Assembly (NCBI GenBank): GCA_036444275.1
Contig: JAZGAD010000028.1
Location: forward strand, 1 to 64,000
DNA: 64,000 nt
Direction of reading: 5' to 3'
From: Candidatus Hydrothermarchaeales archaeon
GTDB lineage: Archaea > Hydrothermarchaeota > Hydrothermarchaeia > Hydrothermarchaeales > JAZGAD01
The notes beneath the pieces were generated by a model, which did no database searches, was not told the origin of the DNA, and saw only the letters and a program-made list of their open reading frames with translations. Within the stretch, counting starts at the first letter, position 1. Each line of letters begins with the position of its first letter. This document shows positions 1 through 7,221 of the stretch, piece by piece. The translations under genes were made by a program, and so were the position numbers.

Positions 1-313
1 CCCTCACCTCTTCGAAAAGTTTTAAGGATATTTTCAGTATTGAATAGATGATTAGGCTCCAAAACAAGATTACATAAATCCATCCCACAATAAAGTTGAT
101 AATTTGACCAGCATCATGAATCAACCATCCTAATAACAGATATAAAGGCATTATTTGCCAAAATCCAATAAAATGTGCTATTTCATAAACGGTAGTTCCT
201 TTTCTTACATAGACTACAATGATAAGTATGAGTATCTCTAAAAAGACGGTTATTCCGATACTAACCCAAAGCAACTTGTCATGAATCAATTTTTTTATGG
301 TATCCCTAATCAT
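1..313 (-). CDS. Hypothetical membrane protein, 3' end runs off the window (absent from ORF track)
   Basis: Manual translation from ATG at 313 gives MIRDTIKKLIHDKLLWVSIGITVFLEILILIIVVYVRKG...WIYVILFWSLIIYSILKISLKLFEEVR, open to base 1; about 3 hydrophobic segments; AT-rich. Confidence 0.65.
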   Translation of the reverse strand, partial: MIRDTIKKLIHDKLLWVSIGITVFLEILILIIVVYVRKGTTVYEIAHFIGFWQIMPLYLLLGWLIHDAGQIINFIVGWIYVILFWSLIIYSILKISLKLFEEVR

Positions 314-364
314 CTTTTTCACACGCCTTTAATTCTACGGATTGAATCTCCTTGTTGTCTGCGG

Positions 365-1837
365 TTAGCCCATCCCATACAAATCCTCAATCTCTTTCTG
401 CTCTTTTTCAACTTGTTCTTTTCTTTCCCTCGACGATTTCTGCCACTCCCCAATTATATCCGGATCACCGCCCTTGAGCTTGCCCTCGAACTTGTCTATC
501 TTAACCAGCGCCGGTATCCTCGTCATCAAGCCCAGAACAACTGCCTCACCAATATTCAGCGACGTCAACTGCGACAGCAAGTCGTCACTTAACCTCTCAC
601 TGGCCTGCTGCACATGCCTCTGATCACTGGGCTCTACCAGACGCATGATTATCGCATTGTTTGCCTGTGAAAGAGAATTCTGATCCAGGCTCTTAGGCCT
701 CTGACTAACAAGACATAAACCCACGCCGAACTTCCTGCCTTCCCTTGCTATGCGGTCTATCCAATACTTCGACAGCGTAGACCTATAGGTCGGAGCGAGT
801 ATATGCGCCTCCTCCAGGATGCAAAACGCTGGAGGCATCTCCTTCTTCTTGCGTCTTCGGAGTACCTTCCGCAGCACATGGCTCACGATCACGTCGGCAT
901 AGTCCTCATCCACACCACCCAGGTCAAAGACGTTGGCCTTACCCTGCTCCAAGGCATCGAGGATATCGGGTGCATGCTCGTTCAAGATGCCGCCATACTT
1001 ATCCCTGAAGTCGTCGAGCTTACCTATCACGCCGGATACAGAATTCTTCTCGGCCGGAGATAGCGCCTTAGCATCCTCATTTTTATTTTCTAAGTATGCA
1101 ATCATCTCCCCTACGAGAGAGGAAGAGCTGGAGCGTATCTTCTTGTCTGCCTCCTTATATGCCTCCCGCAGAAACCGCTCTTGGATGTATGCCTTCTCGT
1201 CTATGTTCACGAGCTTCTTCAACTCATAGAAGGACAGGTAGATGGGATTGAAGCTGGGCGTCACCCTCTTAACAGCTTTAAATTCTGCGTCTACGTACTC
1301 TGAGTGCATGTCGAATATGATGGGCATGCCCTTCAGCTTCAGGATTCCCTCAACGATGATGCTTACTGCATTTGATTTCCCTGCCCCTGTTATAGCTAAA
1401 ACAGCGAGGTGCCGCGTAATCATCTTATTCGCATCTACGCGTACCTCAACATCGGGATGAGCGATAAGCGTTCCAATCCTTATGCTCCCCTCGCCGAATA
1501 TCTTCTTAAGGATCCCGGAGTCGGCTCTCTGCACTTTCGTGCCAGGTGGAGGCGGCGCCTTTGGCATCTCTAGCTTGTCAACGTCGCCCAGTAGGTGGAC
1601 GCTGCCCCGGACGTACTGCTCCTTCACACCCTCAAAGCGGAGGATGCGCTCCACAACACTTGGATCAAGGATGTCTTCGGTAATTGAGGGGCTTCCGCGA
1701 ACCAGGCCTTCTATCATGCCCAGCACGGTTTTGCCATCGTATTCTAAAGTGACATACTCGCCGGATCTGGGCATTGTTTTAGAGATGAAGACTGCCTGCG
1801 TTGGAGATGCTTCCCCTATGCACATACCGAGATCCAC
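365..1837 (-). CDS. herA: HerA DNA-end resection helicase/translocase
   Basis: N-terminal HAS barrel, RHLAVLAITGAGKS Walker A, ILEEAH Walker B, REGRKFG and SQRP motifs; overlaps nurA stop. Confidence 0.93.
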   Translation of the reverse strand: MDLGMCIGEASPTQAVFISKTMPRSGEYVTLEYDGKTVLGMIEGLVRGSPSITEDILDPSVVERILRFEGVKEQYVRGSVHLLGDVDKLEMPKAPPPPGTKVQRADSGILKKIFGEGSIRIGTLIAHPDVEVRVDANKMITRHLAVLAITGAGKSNAVSIIVEGILKLKGMPIIFDMHSEYVDAEFKAVKRVTPSFNPIYLSFYELKKLVNIDEKAYIQERFLREAYKEADKKIRSSSSSLVGEMIAYLENKNEDAKALSPAEKNSVSGVIGKLDDFRDKYGGILNEHAPDILDALEQGKANVFDLGGVDEDYADVIVSHVLRKVLRRRKKKEMPPAFCILEEAHILAPTYRSTLSKYWIDRIAREGRKFGVGLCLVSQRPKSLDQNSLSQANNAIIMRLVEPSDQRHVQQASERLSDDLLSQLTSLNIGEAVVLGLMTRIPALVKIDKFEGKLKGGDPDIIGEWQKSSRERKEQVEKEQKEIEDLYGMG

Positions 1838-2871
1838 TATAATACCTCCCTACCAGTTTTGGCTAGTAGTCCTAATGAGTTGAATATCCCTTGTATATCC
1901 TTATTGGATATAACCACCTTGCGATGTGCTTTCCTCAATAGATAGGGATAGCCCTCGACACTCGTACTTCTAATCTTCTCCAGTATTTGGACTACTTCGC
2001 CTTCGCCTACCTCCCTCGGGATCTCAATGAGTAAGACGCCCTTCCCATCCTCAAGCCTTGCATAGAATGAGGTGAAGACCAGACTGTTGAAGAATTCGTC
2101 GTAAGCAGGAAACTTCCTGAACAACTTGGATACAAGGGGCTCCTGTAAAGGCTCTGAATAGCCGGATTCCTTTACCAATTTTTCAAACACAGCCATATCA
2201 GGCAGCTCACCCATCAGAGAAGTCTTGGAGGAAGTCTTTGAGACGCCCACCAGCTTGCCCATGCCCTTCTCAAAGAGTCTTTCAAGGCAGAATAGATATT
2301 CCAGGTACTCGAGGAAGGCCAGCTTCTCGTGCTTCTTCTCCTTGAATTGCTCTGCGAATCCATGTGCTGCTATCGCTACCCCTATTTCGCCAGCGTGTTT
2401 TTCAAGTTCTGGTAGCAAAGATAAGACCTCTTCCTTTTCTTTGGCGTTCAGTTCAAAATCAAAATCCTTGGGTGTGCCCAGGTCACTGCTCAACGAGCCA
2501 TCGATGAGGAATAGTTCGGAGGTGTCTAGTGCTTGCAGGGACGTCTTAAGCTCGAAGATAGAGCGGTATAGGGCGAGGCGCTGCTCAACGCGATAGGGGT
2601 GGAGAAGGTCTACATCAGAGCCCTCGAATTCCCTTATATTACCATCGTAGACGAGGGCAAGTGCATTGACGGCGTAGAGTACGAAGCTCTTGTAGCACCT
2701 GTAATTTATGCTGCCGTCTTCTGCTCCTATAGTTACCTTTTGCTCTTGGAATTCTGTGCTCCGCCACATTTTGCGTAATTCATCGGCATCCTCTAGATGG
2801 AGTAGCCCTTCAGCTTTAGCTTTCAATGCCTCTCGTTTTTTTGCAAGGACCTCGTAGGTGGTGTCAAGCAT
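1837..2871 (-). CDS. nurA: NurA nuclease
   Basis: AEDGS and LIDGSL acidic motifs, GVSKTS, GYPYLLRKAH C-terminal motif; coupled to herA. Confidence 0.92.
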   Translation of the reverse strand: MLDTTYEVLAKKREALKAKAEGLLHLEDADELRKMWRSTEFQEQKVTIGAEDGSINYRCYKSFVLYAVNALALVYDGNIREFEGSDVDLLHPYRVEQRLALYRSIFELKTSLQALDTSELFLIDGSLSSDLGTPKDFDFELNAKEKEEVLSLLPELEKHAGEIGVAIAAHGFAEQFKEKKHEKLAFLEYLEYLFCLERLFEKGMGKLVGVSKTSSKTSLMGELPDMAVFEKLVKESGYSEPLQEPLVSKLFRKFPAYDEFFNSLVFTSFYARLEDGKGVLLIEIPREVGEGEVVQILEKIRSTSVEGYPYLLRKAHRKVVISNKDIQGIFNSLGLLAKTGREVL

Positions 2872-2880
2872 TCCATCGCC

Positions 2881-2935
2881 TTAAAGTAAATCGCTGCCCA
2901 AGGGATTAAATATTTTTGCTGGTGAGTATAGCTTG
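2881..2935. repeat. 55-bp direct repeat, copy 1 (left end of accessory unit 1; also contains the probable nurA BRE/TATA on the minus strand)
   Basis: TTAAAGTAAATCGCTGCCCAAGGGATTAAATATTTTTGCTGGTGAGTATAGCTTG, 50/55 identical to 3548-3602; followed by GTTAGGC at 2949. Confidence 0.9.
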
Positions 2936-2992
2936 AATGGATAACGAAGTTAGGCGAAATCGAAACGATGAACGAACTGAAAATGAAAGGAT

Positions 2993-3433
2993 TTGATTGC
3001 CTTGCCTGAAAATAATAAACAGCCGGATAGAGATAATTCTGATCAGATAGCCATAAGCCGGAAACGATTAGTTAGAGTATTGTTAATAGTTGCAGGAACC
3101 TTTTTTGTAGGGATCGGAGTTGTTGGAATATTTTTGCCTGTTTTGCCTACTACCCCTTTTCTTTTACTTGCTGCTGCATGCTATGCTAGAAGTTCAGAAA
3201 GATTTTACAATTGGCTCCTAAATAACAAATGGTTTGGAAATTACATTAAGAATTATCGAGAAGGAAAAGGGGTTCCATTAAACGTAAAGGTTTTATCCAT
3301 TTCTTTTTTATGGATAACAATAGGATATTCAGTTGTCTTTGTAGTTCACATTTTTCTACTTAGAATCATTTTGAGTCTAATAGCGATTGGCGTTACTATA
3401 CATATCCTTTCTACTCGAACTTTAAAACAATGA
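2993..3433 (+). CDS. YbaN/DUF454 family membrane protein
   Basis: GIFLPVLPTTPFLLLAAACYARSS and WLLNNKWFG family motifs; AT-rich. Confidence 0.9.
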   Translation: MIALPENNKQPDRDNSDQIAISRKRLVRVLLIVAGTFFVGIGVVGIFLPVLPTTPFLLLAAACYARSSERFYNWLLNNKWFGNYIKNYREGKGVPLNVKVLSISFLWITIGYSVVFVVHIFLLRIILSLIAIGVTIHILSTRTLKQ

Positions 3434-3491
3434 AAATGTGATGATGACATATGCTTGAAATGGTTTCGGAACAGAAAACTTTTACACCTTC

Positions 3492-3546
3492 GCCTAACAG
3501 AGCGTAGCTGGCTACGGCCTACGCGTCACCCAAATGTTGGCTTCGC
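3492..3546. repeat. attC-like left arm, copy 1 (right end of unit 1)
   Basis: Starts with GCCTAAC (RYYYAAC); 46/56 aligned identity with 4451-4506; TTCGCCTAAC (3489-3498) is the exact reverse complement of GTTAGGCGAA (2949-2958). Confidence 0.8.
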
Positions 3547-3547
3547 T

Positions 3548-3602
3548 TTAAAGTAAATCGCAGGGCAAGGGATTAAATATTTTTACTGGTGATTATAGCT
3601 TG
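3548..3602. repeat. 55-bp direct repeat, copy 2 (left end of unit 2)
   Basis: 50/55 identical to 2881-2935; followed by GTTATAT at 3614. Confidence 0.9.
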
Positions 3603-3734
3603 GATAAAATATTGTTATATCAATCAACCCAACTGCCGCTATACGCAGAAATCGAGCCAAATGTTCATAAAGAAGAAGATAAACTTGTGGCATCATAATA
3701 GTTAAATTCGAAGAGAGATATAGGGGAAACTGCA

Positions 3735-4052
3735 ATGAATAAGATTAATGATATCATCAAGGAGTTTAGAGTGGAAATTGAAAAACTCTATGGCAAGAGG
3801 TTAAAGAATATAATCCTGTATGGTTCATGGGCGAGGAATGAAGCTACAGAAGACTCTGATATTGACATGGTTGTAGTTTTCGAAGGAGACATTACACCAG
3901 GGAAAGAGATAGACCGGATGATAGATATTATAACGGAGATAAATCTAAAACATGGAGTTTTGATATCAGTTTATCCTGTATCTGAAATAGACTATCTTAC
4001 TTTGAAAAGCCCATTACTCATGAACGTTCGAAAGGAAGGGGTATCTGCATGA
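3735..4052 (+). CDS. Minimal nucleotidyltransferase (MNT) antitoxin
   Basis: YGSWARNEATEDSDID (GS-x10-DxD); ATGA overlap with HEPN gene. Confidence 0.92.
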   Translation: MNKINDIIKEFRVEIEKLYGKRLKNIILYGSWARNEATEDSDIDMVVVFEGDITPGKEIDRMIDIITEINLKHGVLISVYPVSEIDYLTLKSPLLMNVRKEGVSA

Positions 4053-4435
4053 GGGAGGTAGCATCTCTCATTGAGAGGGCGAACAAGTATCTTAAAAGTT
4101 CCAAGATGCTTCTTGAAGATGGGGATTACGAATCCTCGGTATCCAGAGCGTACTATGCGATGTTTTATTCCGCTGAAGCTATATTACTTACAAAAAATTT
4201 GTCGTTTTCATCTCACAGAGGCGTGATTTCTGCTTTCGGAGAACACTTTGTTAAAACTGATACTTTCCCGAGAGATATGGGTAGGGAGCTTAATCGGGCA
4301 TTTGAGAAAAGGCAGTTAGGAGATTATGAGTACACATTCGTAATATCCCAAGATGAAGCTGAGGAAATACTTGAGGAAAGTAAACATTTCGTAGAGGAAG
4401 TAACCCGATATTTGAAAGAGAGTAAGTTCCTATGA
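4049..4435 (+). CDS. HEPN domain protein, partner of MNT
   Basis: SRAYYAMF, SSHRGVI, FEKRQLGDY motifs. Confidence 0.92.
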   Translation: MREVASLIERANKYLKSSKMLLEDGDYESSVSRAYYAMFYSAEAILLTKNLSFSSHRGVISAFGEHFVKTDTFPRDMGRELNRAFEKRQLGDYEYTFVISQDEAEEILEESKHFVEEVTRYLKESKFL

Positions 4436-4450
4436 AGAACGCATGCAGTC

Positions 4451-4506
4451 GCCCCACCGAGCATATCTGGCTGCCGCCTACGCTTCACTCAAATGTTCGG
4501 CTTCGC
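4451..4506. repeat. attC-like left arm, copy 2, degenerate (right end of unit 2)
   Basis: GCCCCACCGAGCATATCTGGCTGCCGCCTACGCTTCACTCAAATGTTCGGCTTCGC aligns with 3492-3546; starts 16 bp after the HEPN stop. Confidence 0.8.
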
Positions 4507-4653
4507 CTTTTGCACTTCGCTTCGCAATGATAACTAGGATAAGAGAGGACAAAAGGGCCAAGCGATCGATACCTAGGCGAGCTGACGAAGCTCTACAGGA
4601 GGAAATAGCAAGTTTTTTATTTCTGAACGGGATACTTTAGAATGGGTGAATGT

Positions 4654-4923
4654 ATGGCGGAAGAAGAAGTAAAGAAAGAGATGATAGGAAAGGTATTTAC
4701 CTATTTTTCCAATGCGAACGTAGCAGGCATCAAGCTGGAAGGAACCCTGAAGGTTGGAGACACCATCCACATCCAAGGACATACTACTAATTTCGAGCAG
4801 ACGGTAGATTCTATGCAGATAGATAGGGACCCAGTGGAGCAGGCAGGTGCAGGTGCCTCCGTGGGCATAAAGGTCAAAGAAAGGGTTAGGCCCAACGACA
4901 AGATTTACAAAGTTCAGGGCTAG
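4654..4923 (+). CDS. Small translation elongation factor domain II-like beta-barrel protein
   Basis: IGKVFTYFS, LKVGDTIHIQG, QTVDSMQID, VGIKVKERVRPND; GGGTGA SD favours ATG 4654. Confidence 0.85.
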   Translation: MAEEEVKKEMIGKVFTYFSNANVAGIKLEGTLKVGDTIHIQGHTTNFEQTVDSMQIDRDPVEQAGAGASVGIKVKERVRPNDKIYKVQG

Positions 4924-5008
4924 CTACGCTAGGCTGGGCACTTCGCTTTAATTTAATTGCCGCACTTCGTAGGTGCCGGAGTTGGAGAAAGAGTCGAAGA
5001 CGTGGTAC

Positions 5009-5254
5009 TTAGATTGATTTTTCATATTCTGCCATCTCATTTGTTACCCTCCCCTCCATCTCACGCGTGACATTCTCGCTGGTTCTATTCAGGCTCTCTG
5101 CAGTAGCCCTTGTCATCCTTGAGTAGAGGGCGAATACCACGATTGATGCCACTATGATGCCGCCAGCTAGTAATATGTATTCGATGGCACCCTGTGCTTC
5201 TTCCTCGGCTAGGAATTCTCTTACCCTCTCCCTTGCTAGTTCAATCCTCTCCAT
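5009..5254 (-). CDS. Class III signal peptide pilin (orphan paralog of 30484-30714)
   Basis: EEEA/QGAIEYILLAGGIIVAS (Q+1, E+5, hydrophobic helix); sequons NRT and NVT; TTTATAT box upstream. Confidence 0.88.
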   Translation of the reverse strand: MERIELARERVREFLAEEEAQGAIEYILLAGGIIVASIVVFALYSRMTRATAESLNRTSENVTREMEGRVTNEMAEYEKSI

Positions 5255-5415
5255 TTGTCACTAACAAAGTTGCTCCTTATGATATAAATTTGGTTAACAG
5301 ATTTAAATAAATGAGTGTCATTTTAAATCTGGGACAGAACCAGTGGAAGGGACTGACAGTGTTCTTTTAGATCTTGTTCTCGATTGGCTACTAATGCTTA
5401 ATCTTAATCAATAGA

Positions 5416-5454
5416 TTTAAGAAGTAAGTACGTATTTCTACGTATGAGTATGTA
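5416..5454 (+). promoter_or_regulatory. TATA-like box plus three phased TA(C/T)GTA boxes, candidate RHH operator
   Basis: TTTAAG at 5416; TACGTA at 5429 and 5439, TATGTA at 5449 (10-bp period) overlapping the ATG at 5444. Confidence 0.55.
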
Positions 5455-5782
5455 TTCGCTAGAGCATGACCCGAAGACAAAGCTAACTCTCTCCGTAGAC
5501 AAGGATGTTATACAACATGCCAAAGAAGCTGCACAGCAGAGGAAGATTCCTGTTTCAAGGCTTGTGGAGAACTATCTAAAATTTCTAAGCAACCCTGAGG
5601 TTTATTGTTTTAGCTGCGGAGAAAAATTCGAGGCTAAGAACTCGAAGGTATGTCCGAAATGCGGCTGGTTGATTCATGCCGGATGCGAAGCCTGCAGGTG
5701 CACATTGAGTGAAGAAACAGCCTCCGCAGTCTTCTATATGAGGAAGCTCTACGAAGATCTTCTAGGGGGAAGGGTGGAATAA
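5444..5782 (+). CDS. Ribbon-helix-helix (DUF6364-like) protein with Cys-rich Zn-binding domain
   Basis: KTKLTLSVDKDVIQHAKE...VSRLVENYL followed by CFSC, CPKC, H-x2-CEACRC. Confidence 0.8.
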   Translation: MSMYSLEHDPKTKLTLSVDKDVIQHAKEAAQQRKIPVSRLVENYLKFLSNPEVYCFSCGEKFEAKNSKVCPKCGWLIHAGCEACRCTLSEETASAVFYMRKLYEDLLGGRVE

Positions 5783-5806
5783 TATTCCTTGGAGGAGTGA
5801 GGTCCC

Positions 5807-6559
5807 ATGCGTGACGTTCAGAACTACAAAGCGGAACATCAAATCAAGCTCTCCAGAGTTGGGATTTTAAATCTGGAGTATCCTGTGACGATTAAGCGGC
5901 CAGGTAGGGAGCATGATGTCATTCTTGAGGTGAGCATGTCAGTGGATTTACCAGCGGGACAGAAGGGGGCGCACATCTCGAGGTTTATCGAGAATATAGA
6001 AGAGAACTTCAGCTTGCCCCAAGAGACAGAAGGCATTGAGAACCTAGCCAAGAAGATAGCGTTGGAACAGTTGACCAGTCATGAATACGCAGAGAAAGCC
6101 GTGGTTGAGCTAAAAACGAAGAGGGATTATAACAAGAAGGTCTACGAACTCTATGGGAGCTACGACACGAGCAATGGCAGGAAGATGGTGGGAGTAACGG
6201 TCGTGGGAGCTATTGCATGTCCCTGCAGCATGGAATTAACTAAGGGGTTAAGTCATAACCAGAGAGCGATTATTAGTTTGGAGTTGGAGGCTAATGGGAT
6301 AAAGGTGAATGCGGAAGAGTTAGTAGAGATATGTGAGAGGGCTTTTTCTGCACCGGTAAAATTGACGCTCAAGAGACCTAGGGAAAAAGAACTTGTCGAA
6401 AAAATGCATGCTAACCCGATGTTCGTCGAAGATGTGGTGAGGAAGTGCGTCTATGAGGTAAGGGCAGGGTACAAAGGGAGTTACTGCAGGGTGAAATGCG
6501 TCTCCCAGGAAAGCATACACCCCTTCGATGTGTTCGCTGAATGGAGCGGTGAATTATGA
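5807..6559 (+). CDS. GTP cyclohydrolase, FolE2/MptA family
   Basis: DVQ, KGAHISRF, ACPCS, SHNQR, NPMFVEDVVR, ESIH motifs. Confidence 0.9.
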   Translation: MRDVQNYKAEHQIKLSRVGILNLEYPVTIKRPGREHDVILEVSMSVDLPAGQKGAHISRFIENIEENFSLPQETEGIENLAKKIALEQLTSHEYAEKAVVELKTKRDYNKKVYELYGSYDTSNGRKMVGVTVVGAIACPCSMELTKGLSHNQRAIISLELEANGIKVNAEELVEICERAFSAPVKLTLKRPREKELVEKMHANPMFVEDVVRKCVYEVRAGYKGSYCRVKCVSQESIHPFDVFAEWSGEL

Positions 6560-7221
6560 AGGCTGTGGTGATAGTATCAGGAGGCCTCGACTCGACGACA
6601 TTGCTTTACTGGGTATTGAAGCAGGGTTATGAACCGCACGTGCTTAGCTTCGATTACGGGCAGCGGCACAAGAAGGAGCTGGAATATGCGAGGAGGACTT
6701 GTGAAAAGCTGGGAGTTAATCACAAAGTAGTGGACTTAAGGAGTATCCGTGAGTTACTTCAAGGCTCAGCTCTTACTTCGGAGAGCATCAAGGTTCCTGA
6801 AGAGCATTACACCCATGAGGGCCAGAAGATAACCATCGTTCCGAATAGGAACGCGATAATGCTGAACATCGCCATTGGATACGCAGTGAGCATTGGCTCC
6901 GATAAGGTGTTTTACGCTGCCCACTATAACGACAGGGCAATCTATCCGGACTGCCGTTGGGAGTTCGTGCAGAGCATGAATATCACGGCAAAGCTGGCTA
7001 ACGATAATCCTAGGCTTGAGATTGTTGCACCATTTGTTCATACGACCAAGGCCGAGATTGTTAAAATAGGAAGCGAATTAGGGGTGCCCTTCGAGGACAC
7101 ATGGTCCTGTTATAAGGGAAATGAGAAAGCCTGCGGCGTCTGCGGCACGTGTAGGGAGAGGATCGAAGCCTTTCAAATGAACACGCTTCACGACCCAATG
7201 GAATACGAGGTAGAGGTGTAG
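6556..7221 (+). CDS. queC: 7-cyano-7-deazaguanine synthase
   Basis: SGGLDS, DYGQRH, VPNRN, YPDCR, TWSCY...CGVCGTC. Confidence 0.96.
   Translation: MKAVVIVSGGLDSTTLLYWVLKQGYEPHVLSFDYGQRHKKELEYARRTCEKLGVNHKVVDLRSIRELLQGSALTSESIKVPEEHYTHEGQKITIVPNRNAIMLNIAIGYAVSIGSDKVFYAAHYNDRAIYPDCRWEFVQSMNITAKLANDNPRLEIVAPFVHTTKAEIVKIGSELGVPFEDTWSCYKGNEKACGVCGTCRERIEAFQMNTLHDPMEYEVEV

Noticed and set aside
281-592. Plus-strand ORF, and the many other antisense or alternate-frame ORFs in the track
   Set aside because: They are shadows of well-supported genes on the opposite strand or frame and have no recognisable motifs.
365-1837. HerA as part of an anti-phage system (Sir2-HerA type)
   Set aside because: Its partner is a canonical NurA and it has the HAS barrel, which fits the housekeeping resection pair.
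4445-4454. GCAGTCGCCC match to my recollection of class 1 integron attI1
   Set aside because: Only 10 bp, in the wrong position relative to a GTT core; consistent with chance.
2881-4506. CRISPR array or insertion sequence as explanation for the repeats
   Set aside because: Repeats are about 55 bp, two copies each, separated by whole genes. There are no regular spacers, cas genes, transposase or terminal inverted repeats with target duplication.
4443-4640. 65-aa ORF after the HEPN gene
   Set aside because: It is a translation of the attC-like repeat (ASPFALRFA-type low-information sequence), not a likely protein.
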